A stretch of 64,000 nucleotides of DNA from Thermoplasmatota archaeon (GTDB lineage Archaea > Thermoplasmatota > Thermoplasmata > UBA10834): contig JBFMHR010000003.1 in assembly GCA_040751795.1 (NCBI GenBank), positions 96,001 to 160,000 of the forward strand, written 5' to 3'. Positions 1-10,666 of this stretch are shown in pieces. Under the pieces are notes generated by a model. The model worked only from the letters and a program-made list of their open reading frames with translations, did not search any database and was not told the DNA's origin. The translations under genes were made by a program, and so were the position numbers. Each line of letters opens with the position of its first letter. The first letter of the stretch is position 1.

Positions 1-149
1 TGCAGGAGCAGGCGTGGGGGGCTGCGCTCGTCCTGATAGCCATGGTGCTGTCGCTGAACATCGTCGTAAGGCTCCTGACGAGGAAGAGGCTGAAGAGCTT
101 CAAGGCGGTGAAGAAGGCATGGAAGGCAAGGTCGTCACAGAGCGTCTGA
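1..149 (+). CDS. pstA: Phosphate ABC permease PstA, C-terminal fragment (runs off left edge)
   Basis: Manual translation from nt 3: [25 protein letters not shown]...; TGA at 147-149; overlaps pstB start. Confidence 0.8.
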   Translation, partial: QEQAWGAALVLIAMVLSLNIVVRLLTRKRLKSFKAVKKAWKARSSQSV

Positions 150-877
150 ACGCGTTCTTCGGCGAGGTCCACGCGGTGAAGAACGTCAACATGGCCATCC
201 CAGCGAACGCGATTACGGCCATCATAGGCCCGTCCGGGTGCGGGAAATCCACCCTCATCAGGTGCGTCAACAGGATGCACGAGGTGGTCAGGGGGGCCCG
301 CGTCGCCGGGAGGGTCCTCCTCGACGGCGAGGACATATACGGACCGGGGGTCGACCCGGTCGAGGTGAGGCGCAAGGTCGGGATGGTCTTCCAGAAGCCG
401 AACCCCTTCCCGACCATGTCCATCTACGACAACGTCGTCGCCGGTCAACGGCTGAACGGGGAGAAGGACTGGAAGAGGCTGGACGCGGCCGTCGAGAGGA
501 GCCTCAAGCTCGCGGCGCTGTGGGACGAGGTGAAGGACCACCTGGACGCGTCGGGCGTGAGCATCTCCGGGGGGCAGCAGCAGAGGCTGTGCATCGCGCG
601 CGCCCTCGCGGTCGAGCCCGAGGTGCTGCTGCTCGACGAGCCGTGCTCCGCGCTTGACCCGATAGCCACGGCGAAGATCGAGGACCTGCTCTTCGACCTG
701 AAGGACCGGTACACGGTGGCCATCGTGACGCACAACATGCAGCAGGCGGCGAGGGTCGCGGACTTCACAGCCTTCATGTACATGGGCGAGCTCATAGAGT
801 TCGGGGAGACGAAGCGGCTGTTCGAGAACCCGGAGGAGGAGCTCACGGAGAAGTACATCACAGGGAGGTTCGGCTGA
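119..877 (+). CDS. pstB: Phosphate ABC transporter ATPase PstB
   Basis: [37 protein letters not shown]-terminal YITGRFG; start moved to ATG 119. Confidence 0.97.
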   Translation: MEGKVVTERLNAFFGEVHAVKNVNMAIPANAITAIIGPSGCGKSTLIRCVNRMHEVVRGARVAGRVLLDGEDIYGPGVDPVEVRRKVGMVFQKPNPFPTMSIYDNVVAGQRLNGEKDWKRLDAAVERSLKLAALWDEVKDHLDASGVSISGGQQQRLCIARALAVEPEVLLLDEPCSALDPIATAKIEDLLFDLKDRYTVAIVTHNMQQAARVADFTAFMYMGELIEFGETKRLFENPEEELTEKYITGRFG

Positions 878-878
878 G

Positions 879-1535
879 ATGAGCCCGAGGAAGGTATACA
901 TGAACGAGCTCGCGGAGCTGGACGGGCTCGTGGCCGCGATGGCGAAGAAGACGAGCGAGGCGATCGAGCTGGCCGTGAGGTCGTTCGAGGACCTCGACCT
1001 CGAGAAGGTCAGGCAGGTCGAGCGGCTGGACAAGGAGCTGTACGAGCTCAACATCGACATCGAGAAGAGGTGCCTCGAGGTCATCGCCCTCCAGTCCCCC
1101 GTCGCGAAGGACCTGAGGGCCATAGGCACCTACCTCAAGGTCATCACGGACTTCGACAGGATAGGCAGGTACGCGTACGACATCGCGGAGGTCGCAGCGC
1201 GGTCGGTGGAGATGTCCCACTTCAAGCCCCTCGTGAGCATCCCCCACATGGCCAAGATGGCGGAGGAGATGGTCGACCTCTCCGTCCATGCGTTCCTGGA
1301 GAGGGACACCGGGCCGACCAAGAGGGTCTTCGAGCTGGAGGACCGGGTCGACTCTCTCTACGACGAGATCTTCCGGGAGATCATCACATACATGATGGAG
1401 GACTCGAGGAAGATAACCCTCGGCATCAACTACACCCTGGTCGCGAGGTACCTCGAGCGGATAGGCGACCACGCGTGCAACATCTCAGAGCGGGTCATAT
1501 ACATGGTCACCGGCGAGAGGGTCGTGAAGGAGTAG
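879..1535 (+). CDS. phoU: Phosphate transport regulator PhoU
   Basis: Two PhoU repeats (LQSPVAKDLR, FDRIGRYA, LERIGDHACNI); follows pstB. Confidence 0.96.
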   Translation: MSPRKVYMNELAELDGLVAAMAKKTSEAIELAVRSFEDLDLEKVRQVERLDKELYELNIDIEKRCLEVIALQSPVAKDLRAIGTYLKVITDFDRIGRYAYDIAEVAARSVEMSHFKPLVSIPHMAKMAEEMVDLSVHAFLERDTGPTKRVFELEDRVDSLYDEIFREIITYMMEDSRKITLGINYTLVARYLERIGDHACNISERVIYMVTGERVVKE

Positions 1536-1539
1536 GCCC

Positions 1540-2283
1540 TCACAGCCTGTCCAGGTTGCGCATCATCACCGACATCACCTGCGCCAGGTTCCCGTCCCTG
1601 TCGTAGCTCTTGACGGCCTTCTCGGCCGCCTCAGGGTCGTCCCTGAGGTCCTCCACCTGCCTCAGTATCTCCGGGACGGCCTTGGTCACCTCGTCCACCA
1701 CCGTGACGGTGGCGTTCCTCGAGGTCCTCGACATCGGGTTGAGGTCGATGGCTATCGTCTCCTTGCCCATGCGCGCGAGCGCCTCGGCCCTGTCGCCGTC
1801 CTCGAGCGGTATGAGCACGACGTCGGCCGCGTAGATGCCCTCGCTCGAGCACAGCCCACGCATGCTCTCAAGTCCCGGGATCTTCGCGTCGGGCAGGAAC
1901 CCCAGGACATCCTTCGCCCCGTGGCTCCTGAGCCGGTCGGCGATCTTCGCGACGCGCTGGTCGCTCCGGTGGAAGAGCCCCACCTCCACCCTGGCACCCG
2001 ACGCCTCCGCGAGCTCGACGACCTCCTTGGGGCACAGCGCGGCGACGTTGCCGTTCACGGATATCACGGGCCTCTCCGCGCGCAGCAGCAGGGCGGCGGC
2101 CGCCTTCGCCGCGACCCTGGCCTCCTTGGTGGTCCTCTCCCCGAGGAAGTAGTAGAACATCTCGCCCCTGCCGTGGGCGATCAGCCCCTGCGGGACCACC
2201 AGGCCCTCGTTGAACCCCTCGACGAGGCGTTCCCTGAGCATCAGGGACGCGTACCGGGGGTGCGCCTTGGGAATCTCAGACAT
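1540..2283 (-). CDS. 4-phosphopantoate--beta-alanine ligase (archaeal phosphopantothenate synthetase)
   Basis: IPKAHPRYASL, AHGRGE, ISVNGN, PLEDGDR, IDLNPMSRT motifs; start at MSEIP. Confidence 0.92.
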   Translation of the reverse strand: MSEIPKAHPRYASLMLRERLVEGFNEGLVVPQGLIAHGRGEMFYYFLGERTTKEARVAAKAAAALLLRAERPVISVNGNVAALCPKEVVELAEASGARVEVGLFHRSDQRVAKIADRLRSHGAKDVLGFLPDAKIPGLESMRGLCSSEGIYAADVVLIPLEDGDRAEALARMGKETIAIDLNPMSRTSRNATVTVVDEVTKAVPEILRQVEDLRDDPEAAEKAVKSYDRDGNLAQVMSVMMRNLDRL

Positions 2284-2350
2284 GGCATTCCTTCTCATGC
2301 GCCCGCGCACTATAGATGGGGTGCTCGGCGACGACCCGGAAGGATGCTCA

Positions 2351-2420
2351 AACCTTATATACCTTGAGAAAAACATTATATATAACATTGTACATAGGGC
2401 GCACAACAAAACTTATAAAA
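2351..2420. promoter_or_regulatory. Divergent promoter region with several TATA-like boxes
   Basis: AT-rich island (CTTATATA, ATTATATATA, CTTATAAAA) between divergent genes in a GC-rich background. Confidence 0.65.
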
Positions 2421-2437
2421 ATGATTCGGTGAAGGCG

Positions 2438-2698
2438 GTGCAGCTCCTCGGCGTGGTTCAGGACATATCTCACGACGGGCGGCTCATCGTCAAGGCGCGG
2501 TTCGCACCGGTCATGAAGTCTGTAGTTAGGGACAACGTCAAGGGGGAGGTCGGGAGAGTAGTGAAGGTGTTCGGACCGGTCCGGGCCCCGTACGTTGCCA
2601 TCGAACCGAGGAAGGAGATGCGGACCCTTGCTGTGCTCGGCAAGGAGGTCTACGTCGAACAGGAGAGGTACCATGGCAAAGGTAAGAGAGGAGACTGA
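2438..2698 (+). CDS. gar1: Gar1/Naf1 family H/ACA RNP protein
   Basis: [18 protein letters not shown] motif; conserved position upstream of tfb; GTG start at 2429 or 2438. Confidence 0.8.
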   Translation: MQLLGVVQDISHDGRLIVKARFAPVMKSVVRDNVKGEVGRVVKVFGPVRAPYVAIEPRKEMRTLAVLGKEVYVEQERYHGKGKRGD

Positions 2699-3605
2699 GC
2701 AGATCGAGAGATGCCCTGAGTGCAACAGCTCTCACCTGGTGAGGGACTACGAGCGCGGAGAGCTCGTCTGCGAGGACTGCGGCATAGTCCTCGACGACCA
2801 GCTCATCGATCAGGGCCCCGAATGGAGAGCCTTCGATGTGGAGCAGGGGGAGAAGCGCGCCAGGACGGGCGCACCGATGACCTACACCATACACGACAAG
2901 GGCCTGTCCACCGAGATCTCCTGGAAGAACAAGGACTCGTACGGGAAGAGCATCCCGACGCGGAACAGGGCGCAGCTGTACCGTCTCAGGAAGTGGCAGC
3001 GCAGGATCAGGGTCTCCAACGCCACTGAGAGGAACCTGGCCTTCGCGCTGAGTGAGCTGGACAGGATGGCCTCGTCCATGGGCCTCCCGAGGAACGTGAG
3101 GGAGACGGCGGCCATGACCTACAGGAAGGCCGTCAACAAGAACCTCATCAGGGGCAGGAGCATAGAGGGCGTCGTCGCGGCGTCGCTGTACGCGGCCTGC
3201 AGGCAGTGCAACGTGCCCAGGACCCTGGACGAGGTCGCCAACTCCTCGAGGGTCGGCAGGAAGGAGATCGGCAGGACCTACAGGTTCATGACGCGCGAGC
3301 TCAAGCTCAAGCTGATGCCGACGAAGCCCCAGGACTACGTGTCCAGGTTCTGCTCGGAGCTGAAGCTCTCGGGCGAGGTGCAGTCCAAGGCGACCGAGAT
3401 ACTGAAGGACGCCGCCAAGAAGGAGCTCACCTCCGGGAGGGGGCCGACTGGAGTCGCCGCGGCCGCGATATACATCTCCAGCATCCTGTGCAACGAGCGC
3501 AGGACGCAGAGGGAGGTCGCGGACATAGCGGGCGTCACCGAGGTCACCATCAGGAACCGCTACAAGGAGCTCACCGAGAAGCTGGGCATAGAGGTCCAGC
3601 TCTGA
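2673..3605 (+). CDS. tfb: Transcription initiation factor IIB
   Basis: CPEC...CEDC Zn ribbon, [10 protein letters not shown], two cyclin repeats, [14 protein letters not shown]. Confidence 0.98.
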   Translation: MAKVREETEQIERCPECNSSHLVRDYERGELVCEDCGIVLDDQLIDQGPEWRAFDVEQGEKRARTGAPMTYTIHDKGLSTEISWKNKDSYGKSIPTRNRAQLYRLRKWQRRIRVSNATERNLAFALSELDRMASSMGLPRNVRETAAMTYRKAVNKNLIRGRSIEGVVAASLYAACRQCNVPRTLDEVANSSRVGRKEIGRTYRFMTRELKLKLMPTKPQDYVSRFCSELKLSGEVQSKATEILKDAAKKELTSGRGPTGVAAAAIYISSILCNERRTQREVADIAGVTEVTIRNRYKELTEKLGIEVQL

Positions 3606-3736
3606 GGTCCGCAGAAACCACTTCCGCTAAATCCCTTCCTTCTGTTTCTTCCACGGGGCCCTGGCACCGCCACGTCGCGGCGGTAGAGAGGACATGTTTT
3701 TAAGGCGCGCTGACCTTTGCCGGAGCGGGGACGAAC

Positions 3737-4747
3737 GTGATAAGGATCGGTGTCAACGGTTTCGGAAGGATCGGCAGGAACGTCTACAGGGCGGCGCTCG
3801 AGAGCGGGCGCATGGGCAAGGACTTCGAGATCGTCGCCGTCAACGACATAGTGCCCGTCGACTCCCTCGCCTACCTCCTCAAGTACGACTCCGTCTACGG
3901 CAAGCTCGACGTCGACTGCCGCGCGGACGGGAGCGGCGTCAAGGTCGGCCAGCACCGGTTCGAGGCGACCCAGTGCAAGGACCCAGTGGAGATACCGTGG
4001 GCGAGGCTCGGCGCCGACGTCGTCATCGAGTCGACCGGCCTCTTCACCGAGAGGGAGAAGGCCGCCAAGCACCTCGCCGCGGGGGCGCGCAAGGTCGTCA
4101 TATCGGCCCCCGCCAAGGGGCCCGACGTGACTGTCGTCCTCGGCGTCAACTTCGACATGTACGACAGGGCGAAGCACGACGTGATCTCGATGGCCTCGTG
4201 CACGACCGGGAGCCTGGCCCCGCCCGCGAAGGTCATCAACGACCGGTTCGGCATCGAGACCGGGATGATGACCACGATACACGCCTACACCGGCGACCAG
4301 AGGCTCGTCGACACCCCACACAAGGACCCGAGGCGGGCCAGGGCCGCCGCGCTGTCCATCATCCCGACATCTACCGGGGCCGCGAAGGCCATAGGCGAGG
4401 TCATACCCGCGCTGAAGGGGAGGATGAACGGCCTGGCCCTCAGGGTCCCGACCCCTGTCGGCTCGGTCACCGACCTCAGCTTCTTGACCAGGGAAGAGGT
4501 CACCGCGGAGGACATCAACGGCGCGCTCAGGGCCGCCGCCGAGGGCCCGATGAAGGGCGTCATGGAGTACTGCGTCGACCCGATAGTCTCCTCGGACATC
4601 GTGGGCAACACCCACTCCAGCGTAATCGACTCGCCCTCCACCATGGTCATAGGCGGGAAGGGCAGGTTCGCGAAGATCCTCTCCTGGTACGACAACGAGT
4701 GGGGCTACGCCAACAGGCTCGTCGAGCTGGCCCCCAGGCTCCTCTGA
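3737..4747 (+). CDS. gap: Class I (bacterial-type) glyceraldehyde-3-phosphate dehydrogenase
   Basis: GVNGFGRIGR, VIESTG, ASCTT, IIPTSTGAAKA, RVPTP, WYDNEWGY. Confidence 0.93.
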   Translation: MIRIGVNGFGRIGRNVYRAALESGRMGKDFEIVAVNDIVPVDSLAYLLKYDSVYGKLDVDCRADGSGVKVGQHRFEATQCKDPVEIPWARLGADVVIESTGLFTEREKAAKHLAAGARKVVISAPAKGPDVTVVLGVNFDMYDRAKHDVISMASCTTGSLAPPAKVINDRFGIETGMMTTIHAYTGDQRLVDTPHKDPRRARAAALSIIPTSTGAAKAIGEVIPALKGRMNGLALRVPTPVGSVTDLSFLTREEVTAEDINGALRAAAEGPMKGVMEYCVDPIVSSDIVGNTHSSVIDSPSTMVIGGKGRFAKILSWYDNEWGYANRLVELAPRLL

Positions 4748-4802
4748 GCCGGGGCTTCCCAGGGATACCGTCGACTAGGACCGCACGGCTAGCAGGAACG
4801 CC

Positions 4803-4961
4803 ATGGTTCCGTGCCACGGCTGCGACAGGTTCGGGACGGGGTGCAGGGGGATAGTCCCGCCCATGGAATACAGGGACACGATCGACCAGTACCGCAGGCT
4901 CTTCAAGCCGCACTCCTGGCAGGACGAGCTCCACAAGCCCGGCATGAGGTCGAGGGATTGA
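4803..4961 (+). CDS. 52-aa Cys-motif microprotein (not in ORF track)
   Basis: MVPCHGCDRFGTGCRGIVPPMEYRDTIDQYRRLFKPHSWQDELHKPGMRSRD; genome-typical codons; stop abuts the endA stop exactly. Confidence 0.6.
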   Translation: MVPCHGCDRFGTGCRGIVPPMEYRDTIDQYRRLFKPHSWQDELHKPGMRSRD

Positions 4962-6017
4962 TCACGGCCTGAACCTGCTCAGGCTCACGTACTCCACCTG
5001 CTTCTTCGTGACGCGCCCTAGGAGTATCTCCTTCTTGACGCCGTGCGCGAGCCGCACCGCGCGGCTCACCTCCGGCCACATGGTCGTGTACTCCTCCGGC
5101 ACAGCATGGACCAGGTAGCGCGCATGCGTCTTGTCCGGGTCGCCCTCGTACGCCCTGAAGTGGGAGCCGTACTTGAACCCGGTCTTGACCACCATCCCCC
5201 TGCCCTTCATGTCCTTGAAGGCGCTCAGGCGGAGGTCGAAGTCCGGCTGGACGGCCCTCGCGCGCTTCTTGAGGGCGGGGAGGCCGACCGGCTTGTTGGT
5301 CTTGGCGTCCCTGAGCTTCAGGGCGCCGAGCTCCACAAGGAAGGAGGCCTCGATCAGAGAGAGCTGGAGGCCCGGCCCTATCCTCTTCCCGAAGAAGTGG
5401 CCCCCGTGCAGGGCGGCGGCCGAGGCGTCGTCGTCGACCAGGACCCTGTCGGCCATCATCAGCGCCTCGTGCGCGGAGCTGAGGTCGACCGCGCCCAGCC
5501 TCCCCCTCGGCACGACGCGCCTGACCTCGTAGTACGTGACGTCGCTCTCCTCGTCCACCACCGCGAGCAGCAGGTTCTTCCTCACGTCCGAGGTCCTGTC
5601 CAGGTGCTCGAGCAGGTCTCCCAGGTCGAACGTGGAGCGCTCGGAGATCGCCGCCATCCACCACCTGCTCGGGGTCTTGTTCGGCGAGCCGCCCCTTGGG
5701 AAGACCCTGAAGTCGAGCGGGGGCGAGCTGGTCTTGACGATGTAGCCGCGCTGCCTCATCTCCCTGTACACCAGGTACCTGACCTCGAAGCCCTCGGAGG
5801 CGAGGTGGCCCCTGCGCAGCAGCTCGGCCGCGGGGATCTCGGCCCCGCCATCGGCGACCTTGAGCCGGCCCGACTCGACCAGATATATCGCCTCCATGAG
5901 CTCGAGCTTGAGGGCGCCCCCCGACTGCGGGGCCCCGTAGGACCCCTTGTTGTGTATCTGGCTTGCCTCCGCTGGGTCCCCGACCATGACTGAGTCGCCG
6001 ACCAGCGTCCCGCTCAT
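4962..6017 (-). CDS. endA: tRNA-intron endonuclease, homodimeric alpha2 type (two repeats)
   Basis: Duplicated domain; KTGFKYGSHFRAY, HARYLV, RLAHGVKK; start at MSGTLVG. Confidence 0.95.
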   Translation of the reverse strand: MSGTLVGDSVMVGDPAEASQIHNKGSYGAPQSGGALKLELMEAIYLVESGRLKVADGGAEIPAAELLRRGHLASEGFEVRYLVYREMRQRGYIVKTSSPPLDFRVFPRGGSPNKTPSRWWMAAISERSTFDLGDLLEHLDRTSDVRKNLLLAVVDEESDVTYYEVRRVVPRGRLGAVDLSSAHEALMMADRVLVDDDASAAALHGGHFFGKRIGPGLQLSLIEASFLVELGALKLRDAKTNKPVGLPALKKRARAVQPDFDLRLSAFKDMKGRGMVVKTGFKYGSHFRAYEGDPDKTHARYLVHAVPEEYTTMWPEVSRAVRLAHGVKKEILLGRVTKKQVEYVSLSRFRP

Positions 6018-6211
6018 CGGGCGAGCATATCGCCGTTCCGTATAATTAGTTCTCCACGGGCCGGCCCGGGGACGGGGCGGCCGCGGACACGTGCCAGCGG
6101 CACGGCGGCCTCCGCCGGGCCCCAGAAAGCATCGTAGCAAGCATTATATAGAAGCGCAAACATAATCGAAACCCTAGCCTCAGAAGTCTGAAGAACGGAG
6201 GTGAGAGAAGC

Positions 6212-6715
6212 ATGATCCGAAGGAGAGACAAGAAGGAGGGCGTGGTGCCAAGGGACTACTGGGACCAGACATGGACCAGCCCGTGGACCATGCTGAGCGA
6301 CATGGACCGCGTCTTCGACGACTTCAGGTCCGAGTGGGAGAGCCTGTTCCTCGTCCCGAGGGCCCAGGGCGCAGCGGCCGTGAGGCAGCCCCTGGTCGAC
6401 CTGGCCGACAACGGCAAGGAGTACCTCGTCAAGGCCGAGATCCCGGGGATAAGCAAGGAGGGGCTCAAGATCGAGGTCACCCAGGACAGCCTCGAGATCT
6501 CCGGTGAGACCGATGTCGAGGAGAAGGAGGAGGACGAGGAGGCGGGCTACATCCGGAGGGAGAGGCGGTACTCGATGTTCCACAGGACCCTCCCGCTCCC
6601 CGAGAACGTCCTCACGGACAAGGTCGAGGCGGAGCTGAAGGACGGCGTGCTCACCGTCAAGCTGCCGAAGGCCGCTCCGCCGGAGAAGAAGTCCAAGAAG
6701 GTCCCCGTCAAGTGA
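6212..6715 (+). CDS. Small heat shock protein Hsp20
   Basis: PLVDL, KAEIPG, RERRY, AELKDGVLTVKLPK; GGAGGTGA SD and TATA (ATTATATA ~6143) upstream. Confidence 0.96.
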   Translation: MIRRRDKKEGVVPRDYWDQTWTSPWTMLSDMDRVFDDFRSEWESLFLVPRAQGAAAVRQPLVDLADNGKEYLVKAEIPGISKEGLKIEVTQDSLEISGETDVEEKEEDEEAGYIRRERRYSMFHRTLPLPENVLTDKVEAELKDGVLTVKLPKAAPPEKKSKKVPVK

Positions 6716-6798
6716 GCCCGCGGCCACCGCCGCGGACCTCAAACCCATTCCAGTTCCAAGTCAACGGCGAGACCCACCGGTCAGTCAAGGTGTCATAG

Positions 6799-8979
6799 AT
6801 GTCCAGCAAGGAGAAGATACTCAGGGTCGTGCAGGCCAAGACGGCCGACGACGGGAAGGGCGTAGCCAGGGTCGACCCCGCCCTCATGAGGATACTCAAG
6901 CTCAGCCAGGGCGACATAGTCATGATAGAGGGGACGAGGCCGACCGCCGTCACCGCCTACACAGGCTACCCGGAGGACGAGAACCGGGGCACGATCCGCA
7001 TCGACGGCGTCACAAGGAAGAACGCGGGCGTGGGGCTCGACGAGAAGCTCTCGATAAGGAAGGTGGTCCCGAAGCCGGCCACCAAGGTCACGCTTGCCCC
7101 GACGCAGCCGCTGAAGCTCCTGGGGGGCGAGGAGTACCTGTCGCAGAACCTCGAGGGGCGCCCGGTGGTCAAGGGCGACCTCATCGAGGTCAGCGTCATG
7201 GGCCGCAAGTTCACCCTCGTGGTCCAGGGCTTCCAGCCCTCGGGCGAGGCCGCCGTCATCCAGAACTTCACGCAGGTCAAGCTCAGCGAGAAGCCGGCGA
7301 AGGAGGAGGCCGCGAAGGGCCCGAAGGTCGCATACGAGGACATAGGCGGCCTCAAGGACGAGGTGGACAAGGTCAGGGAGATGATCGAACTGCCCCTGAG
7401 GCACCCGGAGCTTTTCGAGAAGCTTGGAGTGGAGGCGCCGAAGGGTGTCCTGCTCCACGGACCGCCCGGGACCGGCAAGACGCTCCTGGCCAAGGCGGTC
7501 GCTTCGGAGACGAGCGCCACGTTCACGTCCATAGGCGGACCCGAGATCATGAGCAAGTTCTACGGCGAGAGCGAGGAGCGCCTGAGGGACATGTTCAAGG
7601 AGGCCGCGGAGAACGCGCCCAGCATCATATTCATCGACGAGATAGACTCCATCGCCCCGAAGAGGGACGAGGTCACGGCCGAGACCGAGAGGCGCATCGT
7701 GGCGCAGCTCCTGGCCCTCATGGACGGCCTGGAGGGGAGGGGCAAGGTCGTCGTCATAGGAGCGACCAACCGGCCCAACGCCCTCGACCCGGCGATACGC
7801 AGGCCCGGCCGGTTCGACAGGGAGATAGAGATCGGCATACCGGACAAGGGCGGCCGGCTCGAGATACTGCAGATCCACACCAAGGGGATGCCCCTGGCGG
7901 AGGAGGTCGACATGGACAAGCTGGCGTCGATGACCCACGGGTACGTCGGCGCCGACCTGGCTGCCCTCGCCCGGGAGGCGGCCATGCGGGCGCTGAGGAA
8001 GGTCCTTCCCTCGATAGACCTGGAGGCGGAGTCGATACCCGCCGATGTCCTCAACGAGCTCAAGGTCGGCATGGACGACTTCATGGACGCCTACAGGGAG
8101 ATGCAGCCCTCGACGCTGAGGGAGGTGCTCCTGGAGACGCCCAACGTGAAGTGGGAGGACATCGGCGGCCTCGAGGGGCCGAAGCAGGAGCTGATGGAGT
8201 CGGTCGAGTGGCCGCTCAAGTACGCTTCGCTGTTCTCGCACATGGGGGCGACGCCCCCGAAGGGGCTGCTGCTCTACGGGCCGCCCGGCACGGGCAAGAC
8301 CCTCCTCGCCAAGGCGGTCGCGACCGAGAGCGAGGCCAACTTCATAAGCGTGAAGGGCCCGGAGTTCCTGTCCAAGTGGGTCGGCGAGAGCGAGAAGGCG
8401 GTCCGCGAGACCTTCAGGAAGGCCAGGCAGGCCGCGCCGTGCGTGATATTCCTGGACGAGATAGACGCCATCGCCCCCGTCAGGGGGACATCGTCAGACT
8501 CTGGAGTCACAGAGCGCGTCATCAGCCAGATACTCACCGAGATGGACGGGCTCGAGCCGCTCCACAACGTCGTGGTCATCGCGGCGACGAACAGGCCGGA
8601 CATCATGGACCCCGCCCTCATGCGCCCTGGGAGGTTCGACAGGCTGGTGTACGTGCCGCCGCCGGACCTCCAGGCCAGGAAGGAGATACTCAGGATACAC
8701 ACGAAGGGCAAGCCGCTGGACGACGACGTGGACCTCGACAAGCTGGCAGCCAAGATGGACAAGTACACCGGCGCGGAGATATCCGCCGTGTGCAACGAGG
8801 CCGTGATGCTCGCGATCAGGGACTACGTCCTCGAGGGAGGGGACCTGGACGAGGGGTCCGTGAAGGCGCGGAAGGTCAGTATGAAGTACTTCGAGAAGGC
8901 TATGGAGAACGTCGAGCCCATGAGCGATAGCGACCTCAGGAAGTACGGGAAGCTGTCGCCCAACGCGATGTACAGCTGA
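6799..8979 (+). CDS. CDC48/VAT family AAA+ ATPase
   Basis: N domain plus two AAA modules (GPPGTGKT x2, RPGRFD x2). Confidence 0.97.
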   Translation: MSSKEKILRVVQAKTADDGKGVARVDPALMRILKLSQGDIVMIEGTRPTAVTAYTGYPEDENRGTIRIDGVTRKNAGVGLDEKLSIRKVVPKPATKVTLAPTQPLKLLGGEEYLSQNLEGRPVVKGDLIEVSVMGRKFTLVVQGFQPSGEAAVIQNFTQVKLSEKPAKEEAAKGPKVAYEDIGGLKDEVDKVREMIELPLRHPELFEKLGVEAPKGVLLHGPPGTGKTLLAKAVASETSATFTSIGGPEIMSKFYGESEERLRDMFKEAAENAPSIIFIDEIDSIAPKRDEVTAETERRIVAQLLALMDGLEGRGKVVVIGATNRPNALDPAIRRPGRFDREIEIGIPDKGGRLEILQIHTKGMPLAEEVDMDKLASMTHGYVGADLAALAREAAMRALRKVLPSIDLEAESIPADVLNELKVGMDDFMDAYREMQPSTLREVLLETPNVKWEDIGGLEGPKQELMESVEWPLKYASLFSHMGATPPKGLLLYGPPGTGKTLLAKAVATESEANFISVKGPEFLSKWVGESEKAVRETFRKARQAAPCVIFLDEIDAIAPVRGTSSDSGVTERVISQILTEMDGLEPLHNVVVIAATNRPDIMDPALMRPGRFDRLVYVPPPDLQARKEILRIHTKGKPLDDDVDLDKLAAKMDKYTGAEISAVCNEAVMLAIRDYVLEGGDLDEGSVKARKVSMKYFEKAMENVEPMSDSDLRKYGKLSPNAMYS

Positions 8980-8998
8980 GACGGGGGTCGGAAGGGTC

Positions 8999-9997
8999 TT
9001 GAGGGAACAGGTGGCCAGGGCGCCCGGGCACGCGCGCGCCGTCGCGGGGGACAGGGACAAGCTGGTCGGCAGGACCAGGGAGACCCTCGCCAAGTGCGGA
9101 TTCTACGTGTCCAACCCGCACAACATAAGGAGCATCAGCTTCGACCTCGTGGCCAGGAGGGACAGGCAGCTGATCGTCCTCAAGGCCCTGTGCAACATCG
9201 ACTCCCTCTCCCCCGAGGACGCCGAGGAGCTGAAGGTCATGGCGTCCATGCTCGACGCCAGCCCGATGGTCATCGGGATGCACTCCAGCTCGGCGGAGCT
9301 CGAGGACGGCATCCTCTACACGCGCTTCGGGATACCCATAGTGTCGGAGCGCACCTTCGCCGAGTTCATGCTCGAGGGCGTGCCTCCCCTGGTGTACGCG
9401 GCCCCCGGCGGGCTCTACGTGCGCCTGGACGGGGAAATGCTGAAGGAGCTGAGGCAGGCCAGGGTGATATCCCTGGGCGCCCTCGCGGAGGCCGTTGGCG
9501 TGTCGAGGAAGGCCATACAGATGTACGAGACGGGCATGGGGGCCATGGTCGACATCGCCAGCAAGATAGAGGAGTTCCTGGACGTGCCCCTCGTCGTGCC
9601 CCTCGATCCGTTCGCCTACGCGTCCGAGGTTGCCGACCACTTCAAGGACCTCGAGCGTTTCAAAGGCCAGAACAAGGACATATTCGAGATGCTCAGCGAG
9701 ATAGGCTACTCCGTGGTGCCTACCAAGAAGGCGCCCTTCGACGCCTTCGCCAAGGAGGAGGAGTTGCTCCTCCTCACTGGCATAGGCGACGATCCGCAGA
9801 TGACCGAGCGCAAGGCCAGGGTGGTCGGGAACCTGTCCAGGGTCACGGAGAGGAAGAGCGTCATCATAGTCCAGAGGAAGACATCGGCCGAGGAGATCGA
9901 GGGGACCCCCCTCGTCACCAGGGACGAGCTCAGGAAGGCGGACCACGCCGACGACTTCATGGAGCTGGTCCTCCGCAGGGAGAGGAGGAGGCCTTGA
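8999..9997 (+). CDS. Archaeal cro/C1-type HTH transcriptional regulator (COG1395-like)
   Basis: SFDLVARR, NIDSL, AAPGGLYV, HTH SLGALAEAVGVSRKAIQMYE, APFDA; start uncertain. Confidence 0.85.
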   Translation: MREQVARAPGHARAVAGDRDKLVGRTRETLAKCGFYVSNPHNIRSISFDLVARRDRQLIVLKALCNIDSLSPEDAEELKVMASMLDASPMVIGMHSSSAELEDGILYTRFGIPIVSERTFAEFMLEGVPPLVYAAPGGLYVRLDGEMLKELRQARVISLGALAEAVGVSRKAIQMYETGMGAMVDIASKIEEFLDVPLVVPLDPFAYASEVADHFKDLERFKGQNKDIFEMLSEIGYSVVPTKKAPFDAFAKEEELLLLTGIGDDPQMTERKARVVGNLSRVTERKSVIIVQRKTSAEEIEGTPLVTRDELRKADHADDFMELVLRRERRRP

Positions 9998-10635
9998 GCG
10001 CCCTCAGGAAGCTCACCGTCAACGGGGGCACCGTCCACATCCTGCCCGTCGTCAAGGGCCTGAAGTCCGAGGCGGACCGGGTCAGGCAGGCCTTCGAGCG
10101 CGTCAGGCCCGACAAGGTCGCAGTGTCGCTCTCGAAGGAGGAGGTCGAGGGCCTCAGGAACATCCCCGACGACTTCGAGCCGGAGCTGTCGAGGTACGAC
10201 GAGATCTACGCGGCCGGCCTCGAGAGGTACGGGGAGGTGGCCGCGCCGCCGCCCTGCTACGTCGCGGCGGTCGAGCTGGCGGACCACCTGGGCGTACCCA
10301 TAGTGCCCGTGGACCTCGACGAGGACTCTTTCTCCGAGCTCTACTGCGCGGCCGTGACCGGGCCAGCCCTGTTCAGGCACTCGACGCGGACATGGGCCCT
10401 GAGGCTGAGGAGGTTCGAGGCCGAGACGGCCGAGGAGTACGTCCTCAAGTGGGACCGCGCCGTCAACAACATGGATGGCATGAGGCTCATCGAGGAGAAG
10501 CGCGCGGAGACCATGGCGGAGGGGATCTCCAGGCTGGCGGCCGCAGGGACGAACATCCTGGCTGTCGTCGAGCTGGAGAGGGCCGGGCAGGTGGAGGGCC
10601 TCCTGGCAGGGACGATGGACGGCGAAAAGACTTAG
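9994..10635 (+). CDS. Conserved hypothetical protein, possibly TraB-like fold
   Basis: TTG overlapping upstream TGA; HILPVVKGL, PPPCY, LAVVELERA. Confidence 0.7.
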   Translation: MSALRKLTVNGGTVHILPVVKGLKSEADRVRQAFERVRPDKVAVSLSKEEVEGLRNIPDDFEPELSRYDEIYAAGLERYGEVAAPPPCYVAAVELADHLGVPIVPVDLDEDSFSELYCAAVTGPALFRHSTRTWALRLRRFEAETAEEYVLKWDRAVNNMDGMRLIEEKRAETMAEGISRLAAAGTNILAVVELERAGQVEGLLAGTMDGEKT

Positions 10636-10666
10636 GGAAGGGGTTTACCGGGGGAGCGGGGAGCGC

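Noticed and set aside
2140-2180. Phosphopantothenate synthetase motif reads GRGEMFYY rather than the usual GRGEAFDY
   Set aside because: The D-to-Y change is a single base (GAC/TAC) and cannot be distinguished from strain variation or sequencing error; the gene is otherwise intact
6140-8979. hsp20-cdc48 as a novel stress system with a heat-shock operator
   Set aside because: A known archaeal pairing; I could not identify a convincing HSR1/Phr-type operator
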